Source: a virus
Length of the DNA: 64,000 nucleotides
Virus record (IMG/VR): IMGVR_UViG_3300009431_000004
Direction: 5' to 3' (one strand)
Positions 1-8,531 of the stretch are shown here, piece by piece; position 1 is the first letter of the stretch; every line of letters begins with the position of its first letter. The notes under the pieces were generated by a model. That model was not told where the DNA came from. It searched no databases and worked only from the letters and a program-made list of their open reading frames with translations. Made by a program: the position numbers and the translations under genes.

Positions 1-11
1 GTCTTGCCATT

Positions 12-536
12 CCTTCCAATCCCAGAGGGATTAGCAGGAATGGCAAGACGGGAGAGAGATTCTCCATGTCCGGGCGACATCGCCGCTTCCAATCCCAGAG
101 GGATTAGCAGGAATGGCAAGTAGTCCGCCTATTTGTGCCTATGAATGAACGGCCGCTTCCAATCCCAGAGGGATAAGCAGGAACAGAACTCTCTGGCAGG
201 TCCGTGGCCCTCGTGCTTCCAATCCCTAAAGGGATTAGCAGGAATGGCAAGCCCGTTGGCTGGACTATCTCGATGGCTACCGCTTCCAATCCCAAAGGGA
301 TTAGCAGGTATGGAAAGGTGAGGTCGAGACGCAGCACGCCGGACGGCCCTATGCGCTTCCAATCCCAAAGGGATTAGCAGGTATGGAAAGCGCGTCCCTG
401 TCCTCGGACTCACACGCGGCCCGTCCCGCTTCCAATCCCAAAGGGATTAGCAGGTATGGAAAGCCAGAGCCATTGTGTTAGCGGCTTCATGCCGTCCTCC
501 GCTTCCAATCCCAAAGGGATTAGCAGGTATGGAAAG
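12..536 (-). CRISPR. CRISPR array, 8 repeats / 7 spacers; 36-bp repeat CTTTCCATACCTGCTAATCCCTTTGGGATTGGAAGC (minus strand)
   Basis: Repeats at 12-47, 85-120, 155-~183/190 (degenerate), 215-251, 282-317, 355-390, 428-463, 501-536. Spacers mostly 30-37 bp. Internal hairpin AATCCC-N3-GGGATT. Minus-strand 3' end ATTGGAAGC. Perfect repeats lie next to the leader and degenerate ones are distal. Confidence 0.97.
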
Positions 537-679
537 AGCATGGCGTCCAACCATTTGTTTTTATGAAGTTTTCCGGCCCATTTTCGAGAGGTGCCTGTCC
601 CAGCAGTAACAACAGATGAAGTTTTCAAAGAACATCTGGGTTTCCTCAATAATTTCGGCAGGTATAGTGGCGCGAGCGG
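537..679 (-). promoter_or_regulatory. CRISPR leader
   Basis: AT-richer non-coding stretch between the cas5 stop and the first perfect repeat. IHF-like AAACAA-N4-TTG at 548-560; 11-bp direct repeat ATGAAGTTTTC at 563-573 and 616-626. Confidence 0.75.
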
Positions 680-1276
680 TTACGGGGTTTTTGGCATCAC
701 CGCGCTGCTCGAAAACCATGCCTCTTCAGGCGCTTCGGGCTGGCTTGCCGTCAGGTCGAAGTAGCCGTATTGGGGGCGGAGGTTGTGGTATCCCCGTTCG
801 GGGCGGACGATGAGTGGAATAGCTTGTCCGGGGACTATCCATTGGGCCGGTGTCGTGTCCTTTGTCAGGGACCATACTGTGTCGTCGGAGGTCCCCAAGG
901 ACAGAACCCCATAGCGGGGCAGGACTCCTTGCAGGGCTTCCTGCAAGCGGGCCTCGTAGGCCGCGCTCTCGACAAGTACCATGTACTCGACCCCGAACAG
1001 CACCTCCCAGTAACAGGGGCGACTTTTGGGGTCCTTATTACTGGAATGGAAGACCTTATCCTTGCGGAAAATTCGGCCCTCCATCATGGGTTCCCGGACT
1101 CTCCCATAAGCGAAACGCCCGTCAAAAGCTCCCCGTTCATCCCCACACATGGATTCGAGAAAACCGGGGATTTGCGAGGGGTGCGGCACGGGCGCAGTCT
1201 GCCGGACGCTGAACGGAGCGTTCCGTCCGGGGAACCCGTAATGGCCGCGCAAAGCCTCTACATGAAGGTGCAGCAT
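680..1276 (-). CDS. cas5: Cas5 (DevS-like)
   Basis: N-terminal beta strand followed by TAPVPHPSQIPGFLESMCG, RYGVLSLG glycine loop; last gene before the array. Confidence 0.85.
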   Translation of the reverse strand: MLHLHVEALRGHYGFPGRNAPFSVRQTAPVPHPSQIPGFLESMCGDERGAFDGRFAYGRVREPMMEGRIFRKDKVFHSSNKDPKSRPCYWEVLFGVEYMVLVESAAYEARLQEALQGVLPRYGVLSLGTSDDTVWSLTKDTTPAQWIVPGQAIPLIVRPERGYHNLRPQYGYFDLTASQPEAPEEAWFSSSAVMPKTP

Positions 1277-1284
1277 CGTTCACC

Positions 1285-2199
1285 TCACTGAAGCATGGAC
1301 TCCGCTTTGGCCTTGGCGGCCTTCCCGTCCTTGCCCAGCAGAGCCATGGCTTCCGTGAACATCTCCTCGACCGCGTGAGTCAGCGGGACACCTTTTCCGT
1401 CCTTGATTTCCTTGGGGGCATCCTCCGGGCAGGTGAACTGCCCGCACGCACGGAATCCGGTCCCGTGTAGTTCGGCCTGCTTGATGAAGAAGCCGAGGTC
1501 GGGGTCACTCGCCACGTCCTCGGTCAAGTACCCGAGTGGGTTCAACCCCCCGCCGAGGCTCCTGTGTACGTTCCACATGACCACAGCAGGACGCACGAGG
1601 TTTGAGAGGCTCGTCTGGTTCCCGCCTACCGGGAACCCACCTACGATGGCGAGCAGGTAGAGGTAGAGGTGTTCGGGATACTTCTCGAACCCTTCCAGAT
1701 TGAACGGGTAACGCAGCCCGTACCGGGTGACGTGCATCGGATTGTGCGTCGGTACAAGGTCCCCGTCGGCTTTGTGACCGAGCTGCATCAGCCGACTGCC
1801 CACGTATGGCGTCGTTGAAAAGGCAACGGCCTTTTTCACGCCGCCCCGTTGCGTGGTGGAATCGCTGCCCTTGGAAGCCAGCATGAACCCCAGATGGGAG
1901 TCCACGTAGCGGTCAAAGTCGGGGTCCTTTAGCAGGTCTTCGACCTCTGCCAAGGTTTTGTCATCGGGACCGTAGCCGTAGCCCGTGGGGGTGCTGGTGA
2001 CATCGTGATGCCGGAACATCTTGTCAGCACCTACCAGCGCCGTCAGAGCTTCACGCAGGGCGTAGCCTTGGGCGACCCCCGGAAGGATGGAGAACCCGTC
2101 AACGATTTGGATTTCCGCGCCTCCTGTGACGCCCTCTCCTCGGGCGTTGGCATTGGCGACGGGTTCCGTGATAGCACAGAGCGTCAGATTCTTGGCCAT
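1285..2199 (-). CDS. cas7: Cas7 (DevR-like) backbone subunit
   Basis: ANANARGE...GYALREAL N-terminus, HLGFM and GGNQ motifs typical of Cst2/DevR; sits between cas8 and cas5. Confidence 0.85.
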   Translation of the reverse strand: MAKNLTLCAITEPVANANARGEGVTGGAEIQIVDGFSILPGVAQGYALREALTALVGADKMFRHHDVTSTPTGYGYGPDDKTLAEVEDLLKDPDFDRYVDSHLGFMLASKGSDSTTQRGGVKKAVAFSTTPYVGSRLMQLGHKADGDLVPTHNPMHVTRYGLRYPFNLEGFEKYPEHLYLYLLAIVGGFPVGGNQTSLSNLVRPAVVMWNVHRSLGGGLNPLGYLTEDVASDPDLGFFIKQAELHGTGFRACGQFTCPEDAPKEIKDGKGVPLTHAVEEMFTEAMALLGKDGKAAKAKAESMLQ

Positions 2200-2205
2200 G
2201 ATTCA

Positions 2206-3831
2206 TTACTCCTGTTTTGAGTCAGCGGGTTGGTCTTTATCGCTTGAAGGGGTATCCCCTTCCACATCTTCGGGGGGTGCCCCAGCCTCGGCTTCGGGCG
2301 TCTCCTTCTTGTATCGCGTGAAGCAGTACAGCCCCATCAGGTCAGCGGCTTCGTTGGGGCGGTACGCTTCAAGTGCCTCAAGCACGGCGTAGTCGAGCGT
2401 GGTGCCTGTCTCACTGGTCATCCGCCGCAGGGCTTCCTGCAAACGAGACTTAGTGGAGATTTGACGGAGATATACCTTTGCAATATAGGCCCGCGCTTCG
2501 TCCAGCACGCCCCACCACTCATTTTTCATGGCCTTTTTCTGCGCGGGAGTTCGCCCCTTCCGCTCCCATTCACGATTGGCCCTGTTTCGGACACAGTTCC
2601 AGACGAATGCGTGGATTTGCTTCTCCATGGTATCTCCCATTGTTGCGATTATGGTCAGCGGCTCCCGCATCCATCGAAGCTGTTGGGGTTCGAGCATGGA
2701 GAGCGCCCCAAGGCCGTGAAACCACGGCCTGTGGTTGATTGTGTTCCTCAGCACTTGGTCATAAATGCTGATTGCGTTGTTTATCTTCCCGTTCTCGCTG
2801 TGTAATATTCGGAGGGGAGCGTTGCGGAGGACGAAGACTTTGCCCTTGACGCTCTCCGCCTTGCAGGCCCGAAGGAAGGCATTGGCGAGGGTCTTGCGCT
2901 CTTTACTGTAGGCCAACACCCCCGTCCCGAAAGACGCGCCTCCTTCATAGAAGTGGCTGATATAGGAATAGGAACGTCCTTTAGGGAGTTCGAGGAAACG
3001 GGCCATCATCAGGGCCGCCACCTCGACGGTAGCCCCTACAGAATACAGAAAAGGAACCTCGTGGTCCTTCGCCGCCCTGTAACGGTCAAACGCCTCCATG
3101 AACCCCTTGAAAGACCCTGCATCCGGGACAAGCCCGGTAATTCCGTTCGTGTGCCGCACCCCCAGATGTGCGTATTGGTTGCAGTGGAGCAGGAGCAATC
3201 TGCTCTTGAACTCCTGCTGCCCTTCGGCATCCTTGGGGAGGCCCGCAAACCCAAAGTGCCACGCTTGCCATTTCGGGTGGGCGCTGGGAAGTTTGTTCAG
3301 CGACAACGGCTCAACGGGTTCCCCTGCCTTGTCTAGGGGCAGCCACGGTTTGGTGTTGATGGTTAGGGGCGTCCCGTCTCTCTTCGGCAGGAATCCCCAT
3401 GTTGTTTTCAGGGAATACCCCGAAGGGATAATCTTCTGGGATTTTGCGTCTGCAAAAGAGTAGGCTCGGCGGGTTTTCGTCTTCTTTGGCGGCAGGAAGA
3501 CCATGGTCTGTGTCTGGTGTGCTATCGCAGTGGCATAGATGCCGGGGTGGTTCGGTTCGTCGGTGTATCCGGGGGGGACAATCAGACCATCCCGCATGTG
3601 GCCCCAACCATGGGAGACGAACTTTCGGATGGATAGTTCCGGCCCCCAGATGGATATGGTGTCCTTGTCCTCGTCGAATTCCCATGATACGTCCGCAGGC
3701 ACATCAGGGTAACGGTGGCAGAACTTGGGGTCGCGCATGAACTTGCAGGCGAGGTACAGCCCATAGATGCCTGCCCGGAAGTCTGGGTCCATCTCTTGGC
3801 GCAGGTCGTAATGGAAATGTAGTTCCTTCAT
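2206..3831 (-). CDS. cas8: Cas8 large subunit (Cas8a1/Cmx8-like), divergent
   Basis: N-terminal LHFHYDL...FRAGIYGL resembles Cmx8; size and position fit; start overlaps the cas3 stop. Confidence 0.7.
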   Translation of the reverse strand: MKELHFHYDLRQEMDPDFRAGIYGLYLACKFMRDPKFCHRYPDVPADVSWEFDEDKDTISIWGPELSIRKFVSHGWGHMRDGLIVPPGYTDEPNHPGIYATAIAHQTQTMVFLPPKKTKTRRAYSFADAKSQKIIPSGYSLKTTWGFLPKRDGTPLTINTKPWLPLDKAGEPVEPLSLNKLPSAHPKWQAWHFGFAGLPKDAEGQQEFKSRLLLLHCNQYAHLGVRHTNGITGLVPDAGSFKGFMEAFDRYRAAKDHEVPFLYSVGATVEVAALMMARFLELPKGRSYSYISHFYEGGASFGTGVLAYSKERKTLANAFLRACKAESVKGKVFVLRNAPLRILHSENGKINNAISIYDQVLRNTINHRPWFHGLGALSMLEPQQLRWMREPLTIIATMGDTMEKQIHAFVWNCVRNRANREWERKGRTPAQKKAMKNEWWGVLDEARAYIAKVYLRQISTKSRLQEALRRMTSETGTTLDYAVLEALEAYRPNEAADLMGLYCFTRYKKETPEAEAGAPPEDVEGDTPSSDKDQPADSKQE

Positions 3832-6266
3832 GGCTCCTTTACGCTAATCGAGAGCTGTTTAGCCCCCCCTTTGTCGAAAAAAGGCGTGCTGTCCTTGACA
3901 GGTACGATAATTCCGAGTCGTGCATCATCCTCGAACGGCGCGATGTACCTGAGCTTGTAGCGTTCGCACGCGGCAACGGTGCCGAAATGCACGTTGAACT
4001 CAAACCGCTGTAATCCGGGTGTCCGTTCTGCCTTGTATGCCTGCTTGGCCGCCCCCAAGTCCGAAGCCAGAATCGCTGTGGCCATGTTGTCAATGCCCCG
4101 AAGGGGATACCGGACAGTGACCCTCGCTTGGTTCAGATTCTTTGAGATGGGGTCGCCGGGGAACATTCTGTTGAAGATTTCGTTAAGCTCCGCCTGTGAC
4201 CAGTCCCGAGGCTGGCAGAGTTCCTCGAAGAAGGGGTCCGCCTGCCCTAGACCCTCCCTGTAGGGGAGGGTACTTACCGGGTCATAGATGTAAATGTCCA
4301 CAATCTTATCGGGAGTCCTTCCCCGCAAAGTTGCCCGTCCGATGCGTTGGAGTGCATCTGCGGGGGGACACTTCTCCATGATGAGCCTTCCGGCAGATAT
4401 GTCGATACCCAATTCCGCTATCTGGGTTGTGACACACCGTACTGGCTTCTTGCCGCTGCGGAACGCCGCGACCACCTTCTTGTGCTGCTCCACCCGCTTC
4501 TCGTATTGCCTCCGGGAATGATGGACAAGAGCATCCCCGAAACGGCGGCCCACGTCTTGCGCGTTCCGCACAATGTTGACGTACCAGAGGGTCCGGGCTT
4601 CCGCGTCAAAAAGGGACATCGCCGTGGGGATGTCCACCTTATGGAAACGGAACCTCTTGCAGTAGGCAAGGTCCCCTTTCTGATTGCGGATGACGGTCAG
4701 TTTCCGGTGTTTTTCAATCCCTGTTATCTGGGTCTTGGTCGCGGTAGCGGACGAGAACACATACGGGAGGTCGAACCACGCCACGAATCTGTGGAAGTAC
4801 GATGAGAGGCGAGGGTCGTAACTGTGAAATTCATCAAATATTATGCGGGATTTCAGGATAAGGGGCAGGAGCAGGATACTCCTTCTGTTGTAGGCCAGCA
4901 GCCCAAGAACTTGGTCAACAGTACAGAAAGTCGTGGGAGCCTTGTAGTCCTTGAGATACTGAAGCCCCTTTGCAAAGGATTCGCTTTCGCCCTCGCCACT
5001 GTCCCCGTCATCTTCTTGGGTAGGCCACAAGATATGGTCCAAGGCGGACCGGGACGAACGCAAGGTGTCCCCCTCGGTTCCCGTGTCTTTGCGGAGTTGT
5101 GCTGCCAAGTTGGTTGTGGGGGTGGTGAACAGTACCCTGCCATCTATCTTGAGAGTCTTGGGGTCTGCCAGAGCCAACAGGTCGGAGACTGTTTTGCCAT
5201 CTCCCGTAGCCCCTAGATTTGCGACATTCCCTTGGGCTTTCAGGGCTTTCTTTTGGGTAGGGAAGAGATGCCCCAGATGCTTGTTCACCTGTTCGTTCTG
5301 GGTCAGGTCTATGGAGATTTCCCCGAGGACATCCGTGACCTCTTGCAAGAGGCAGTCCTTGAAGTGGTCGTAGCCTCCCTTGAAGTCACTGTCAGGGACC
5401 ATAGAACCCCACCAGTCGGCAGTCATCAAGAGGACCTTCACGGCGAAGGTCAGTGGGGTTTCCGGTTCATCCCATGTCCGGGTCAGGTCATCGTAGTCCT
5501 TCAGGAGGACGGACAGCCGCCATTTGGTGACTCCATCCGGTCTGTAGGGAGGATTCGGGAACGCGGCGGTGTCCAACCCTTCTTGGCGAATGATGCTGCT
5601 TATTTCTTCCCGTATATGGGTCAGGTAGAGGTAGACTGTTTCGGCTTTGGTGTCTTCGGGGTCGGGGTTTTCATCTCGTATGTTTTCGAGGACATCCTCC
5701 CGGACTGATTTATGAGTTTGCCGATGGTGGCCCACGACGGCAAACAGCACTGCCTTGGCATTTCGCTCCCCTCCTGCCTCATGGATAAGCCAGTCCCAGA
5801 GGGGCCGGGAGCCATCCTTCTTGGTGTACGCGATGAGCCACCCCGAGAGCGCCTCATGCCGGTATCGCTGGTTGAACCGAGCAGCCCGGAGCCGCTTGTT
5901 CATCTCGTCATGGTCTGTAACGCCTTCTTTGAGGGCAGGCTGATAGGCTTCCTCCAATACTCGCAGCATGTAAGTGAAGTCCTGCGCGGCCTTGCCCATG
6001 TCGTGAAGGAGCGCCGCCACAACGATAAGTTTGCGGAATTGACGAAAAGCGATGGGAAGGTGCATGACCTTGTGTAATTGATGCCCGATGCCTCCGGGGG
6101 ACATTAGAGCCTTCGCCATTTTCACGACTTCGTGGGTGTGTTCTCTGAAGGTGTAGCCTCGGGCAAACTCCCACTGGTCCGGGGGCACCTTCCGGTCCTC
6201 CACCCGCCATTTGGCAAGCATGTGGGGCGGGTAGCCTCTTTCGAGGATATGTTGGCTGGCTTTCAT
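3828..6266 (-). CDS. cas3: Cas3 HD nuclease-SF2 helicase
   Basis: HD motifs LLHDMGKA, RHEALS, GHH; helicase motifs TGDGKT, DEFH, SAT, TQIAELGIDIS, QRIGR. True start at 6266 (ATGA overlap with the cas6 stop). Confidence 0.95.
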   Translation of the reverse strand: MKASQHILERGYPPHMLAKWRVEDRKVPPDQWEFARGYTFREHTHEVVKMAKALMSPGGIGHQLHKVMHLPIAFRQFRKLIVVAALLHDMGKAAQDFTYMLRVLEEAYQPALKEGVTDHDEMNKRLRAARFNQRYRHEALSGWLIAYTKKDGSRPLWDWLIHEAGGERNAKAVLFAVVGHHRQTHKSVREDVLENIRDENPDPEDTKAETVYLYLTHIREEISSIIRQEGLDTAAFPNPPYRPDGVTKWRLSVLLKDYDDLTRTWDEPETPLTFAVKVLLMTADWWGSMVPDSDFKGGYDHFKDCLLQEVTDVLGEISIDLTQNEQVNKHLGHLFPTQKKALKAQGNVANLGATGDGKTVSDLLALADPKTLKIDGRVLFTTPTTNLAAQLRKDTGTEGDTLRSSRSALDHILWPTQEDDGDSGEGESESFAKGLQYLKDYKAPTTFCTVDQVLGLLAYNRRSILLLPLILKSRIIFDEFHSYDPRLSSYFHRFVAWFDLPYVFSSATATKTQITGIEKHRKLTVIRNQKGDLAYCKRFRFHKVDIPTAMSLFDAEARTLWYVNIVRNAQDVGRRFGDALVHHSRRQYEKRVEQHKKVVAAFRSGKKPVRCVTTQIAELGIDISAGRLIMEKCPPADALQRIGRATLRGRTPDKIVDIYIYDPVSTLPYREGLGQADPFFEELCQPRDWSQAELNEIFNRMFPGDPISKNLNQARVTVRYPLRGIDNMATAILASDLGAAKQAYKAERTPGLQRFEFNVHFGTVAACERYKLRYIAPFEDDARLGIIVPVKDSTPFFDKGGAKQLSISVKEP

Positions 6267-6829
6267 TTCCGATTTCCGGGGTAAAAGACGCCGCAACCGA
6301 AACTGGTGAACTTTCCGATGCCTCGTTCCTGAATCTTCAGCGAATCTTCGGAGGGCAGCCCCGTCAGCACAACAGAATGTCCCAGATAATGACGGTTCTT
6401 GAAAGCGATGCTCCGGGTCTTCCCGATGTTGACAGAGACGCCCTCGGGGATGACCTCTCGCAGAGCCAACAGAAACTCCTTTTGTTGAATCTTGTCGGCA
6501 AAGATGGTCAATCGGGAAACCAGACGAGAGGCAGGAAACAACTCCTTTGGGCGGGTAGGGCCGACCCATAGGACGGAACCCATCAATGAGAGGCCATTCC
6601 CCTGAATCTCGATTGCTTCTTCTGCGGTAATCCCTCGTATGTGCAAGAGGGATTTGTCATCCAGCTTGATTCTGTCCAGCACTCGTGTTCCCCGCACAGG
6701 GGCTATCTGTAGATGGGGTCGGCCATGCAGGGAGGGGAACTTCCTGCTGAGTGCCGAATAGATGAGGTATCCGGCGTCCTGTTCTAAGGTTCTGCCGGGG
6801 AATCGAAGGGGAAACTCGTAAGCAGTCAT
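6263..6829 (-). CDS. cas6: Cas6 (Cmx6, MYXAN type)
   Basis: DAGYLIYSALS N-terminus and C-terminal EDSLKIQERGIGKFTSFGCGVFYP glycine loop; GGAG RBS before the ATG at 6829. Confidence 0.92.
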   Translation of the reverse strand: MTAYEFPLRFPGRTLEQDAGYLIYSALSRKFPSLHGRPHLQIAPVRGTRVLDRIKLDDKSLLHIRGITAEEAIEIQGNGLSLMGSVLWVGPTRPKELFPASRLVSRLTIFADKIQQKEFLLALREVIPEGVSVNIGKTRSIAFKNRHYLGHSVVLTGLPSEDSLKIQERGIGKFTSFGCGVFYPGNRK

Positions 6830-6861
6830 TGTTTTTCTCCGAATCAACTTTCCATCAAGTA

Positions 6862-6890
6862 TTACTCCAAAGAGGTCATTGTCAGCCCCC
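6862..6890 (-). promoter_or_regulatory. Variant of the recurrent phage promoter (GGGGGCTGAC-N13-GAGTAA) upstream of the cas operon
   Basis: Same 13-bp spacing as the other copies; 33 bp upstream of cas6. Confidence 0.6.
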
Positions 6891-6923
6891 TAGATTTCGG
6901 GCTTTTGTTGAAGGGGCCAACTA

Positions 6924-7193
6924 TTATTCTTCTGTGATTCTGACGATGGAGCCGATAATGCGGTTGATGGCGGCCTGCGCCCGTTTTCTTGCTCCGAACA
7001 TGGCTTCTTCGGCTGTGCGCCCGTAGGCCAGCAGGGACGAGGTTTCCATGAGCAGGGGACGCCCAGCGTCCGTGGTGTAGCGGATGAAGCCCTTGCCGAT
7101 GGACTTCCAGCTCCCGGTACGCTGCTCCTCGGCAGTCGTGTAGTCAATCCAGTGGACGAGCCGGTCCTTCTTCACCTTGTCAGTCTTGGGCAT
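6924..7193 (-). CDS. hypothetical protein
   Basis: ORF in a tightly packed minus-strand run. Confidence 0.6.
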   Translation of the reverse strand: MPKTDKVKKDRLVHWIDYTTAEEQRTGSWKSIGKGFIRYTTDAGRPLLMETSSLLAYGRTAEEAMFGARKRAQAAINRIIGSIVRITEE

Positions 7194-7548
7194 CGGGCGT
7201 CTTCGCGTTGAGGACTTGGCTGTAGATGTCGCCGGGCATTACTTCGTCTTCCCCGAAACAGGAGAACTCGATGAGGAACTGGCGACGCAACCTCCACTTG
7301 CCGTTGAGGATGCGGACGATGCCAGCGAGGCCGGTCCGGCGACACACGGGATGGTCCTCGGAGTCAGACATGCCATCGGGAATCTGGACGGGCAGCGGTG
7401 TTGTGGCGTAGACGGTGATACATCTCGCGCCTCTTTCGGCCATGCCACGGGCGGCCCATCCGGCCCCCGACTTGGATGTTTCCGCCTTGTACTCCTCGGG
7501 ACCGTCCGGCCCGAAGGCACCTTCGACCTCGTAGATGAAGCGACTCAT
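7180..7548 (-). CDS. hypothetical protein
   Basis: ATG at 7548 overlaps the upstream stop codon. Confidence 0.55.
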   Translation of the reverse strand: MSRFIYEVEGAFGPDGPEEYKAETSKSGAGWAARGMAERGARCITVYATTPLPVQIPDGMSDSEDHPVCRRTGLAGIVRILNGKWRLRRQFLIEFSCFGEDEVMPGDIYSQVLNAKTPDAQD

Positions 7549-8519
7549 TCCAGCACCTCTCTGGTCCACCCATCCTCGGTCATGCGCTCCCGCAGTCGTT
7601 CGCGGCTGTCCGCTGCGAACGACTGCCAGAACTGGTGGATGCCTTCATCCCAATGCTTCGCCACGCTGTCCCTGATGAGCTTGTCCAGCACCTTGGGCTT
7701 CAGGGCGTCCAGCTCCCATGCGTCCATGATGCCATGCTCCTTGCGGTATCCCGCGTAGCGGGACGACGTGAGCTTGGCCGGGAACGGCGGGGGCTTGTAC
7801 TTCAGGATTTGGTCCATGTTCAGGGCGACACGCTCGAACCGGATGGGCGGGATGTCCAGCCCGTGGATTCGGGCAAAGATGTTGAGGGTTTCCTCGGCGG
7901 ACCGGGGTATCTGCCAGCCGTCCGGGTCGTGGTCCCCGAAGTAGAGGACGACGGCCTCGTCGATGACCTCCGGTTCTTCCTCGCGCCCCTCTTCGTCCAC
8001 GATGGGGTCTGCTGCGGCCTCTACGGCCTTTTCCAGACGTTTGAGCCACTGCCAGAGGGCGGAGTGGCTCGGGTATCCCTTGCACGCGAAGAAGCCCACT
8101 CCGAGGTCTGAACAGGGCTTGTCGAATACGCCCGAGAGAGCTTCCTTCTCGACCCACACGGAGACGTGGGACCGCTGGCCGAACCAGCGGTCGATGGTGA
8201 TGGCCCAGTGCGGGATGGCCCGGATGTACCTTCTGGCCTCGCCCTCAGCGTCGTCCACGTCTGTCTTGACCTCGTTCTGGGCGCTCGCCCCGGCTTCGCG
8301 GCCACGGTCCACGATGAGGTCCATCTCGAAGTCGCCTTCGAGGCGGGCGTTCCCCAGCACGTCGCCCAGCCGCTTGTAGCTGTTTTGGCTGTTGGGGATG
8401 AGGCCCTCCGACACGAGGGCGTAGTAGAGCTGCCGGAGGGTCAGGCTGTAGCCGTCGTCCCGGTACTGCTCCGCCATCGCGGTGGCTTCGTCCAGTAGGT
8501 CACTGCGGGTCAGGTCCAT
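7545..8519 (-). CDS. Topoisomerase VI-A/Spo11-like winged-helix + TOPRIM protein
   Basis: TLRQLYY, VWVEKEAL, KGYPS and YFGDHDPDG (DxD) motifs. Confidence 0.75.
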   Translation of the reverse strand: MDLTRSDLLDEATAMAEQYRDDGYSLTLRQLYYALVSEGLIPNSQNSYKRLGDVLGNARLEGDFEMDLIVDRGREAGASAQNEVKTDVDDAEGEARRYIRAIPHWAITIDRWFGQRSHVSVWVEKEALSGVFDKPCSDLGVGFFACKGYPSHSALWQWLKRLEKAVEAAADPIVDEEGREEEPEVIDEAVVLYFGDHDPDGWQIPRSAEETLNIFARIHGLDIPPIRFERVALNMDQILKYKPPPFPAKLTSSRYAGYRKEHGIMDAWELDALKPKVLDKLIRDSVAKHWDEGIHQFWQSFAADSRERLRERMTEDGWTREVLE

Positions 8520-8531
8520 CTCATCTCCTCC

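Noticed and set aside
104-649. ORFs 104-337, 129-413 and 410-649
   Set aside because: Translations of CRISPR repeats and leader.
6267-6569. N-terminal 101 aa of the 913-aa Cas3 ORF
   Set aside because: Overlaps cas6 in another frame; the real start is the ATGA-coupled ATG at 6266.
680-6829. CRISPR-associated transposon (type I-B CAST)
   Set aside because: Cas3 is intact and no tnsA/B/C/tniQ genes are visible.
7545-8519. Wadjet (JetD) defence system
   Set aside because: No jetABC/SMC genes adjacent.
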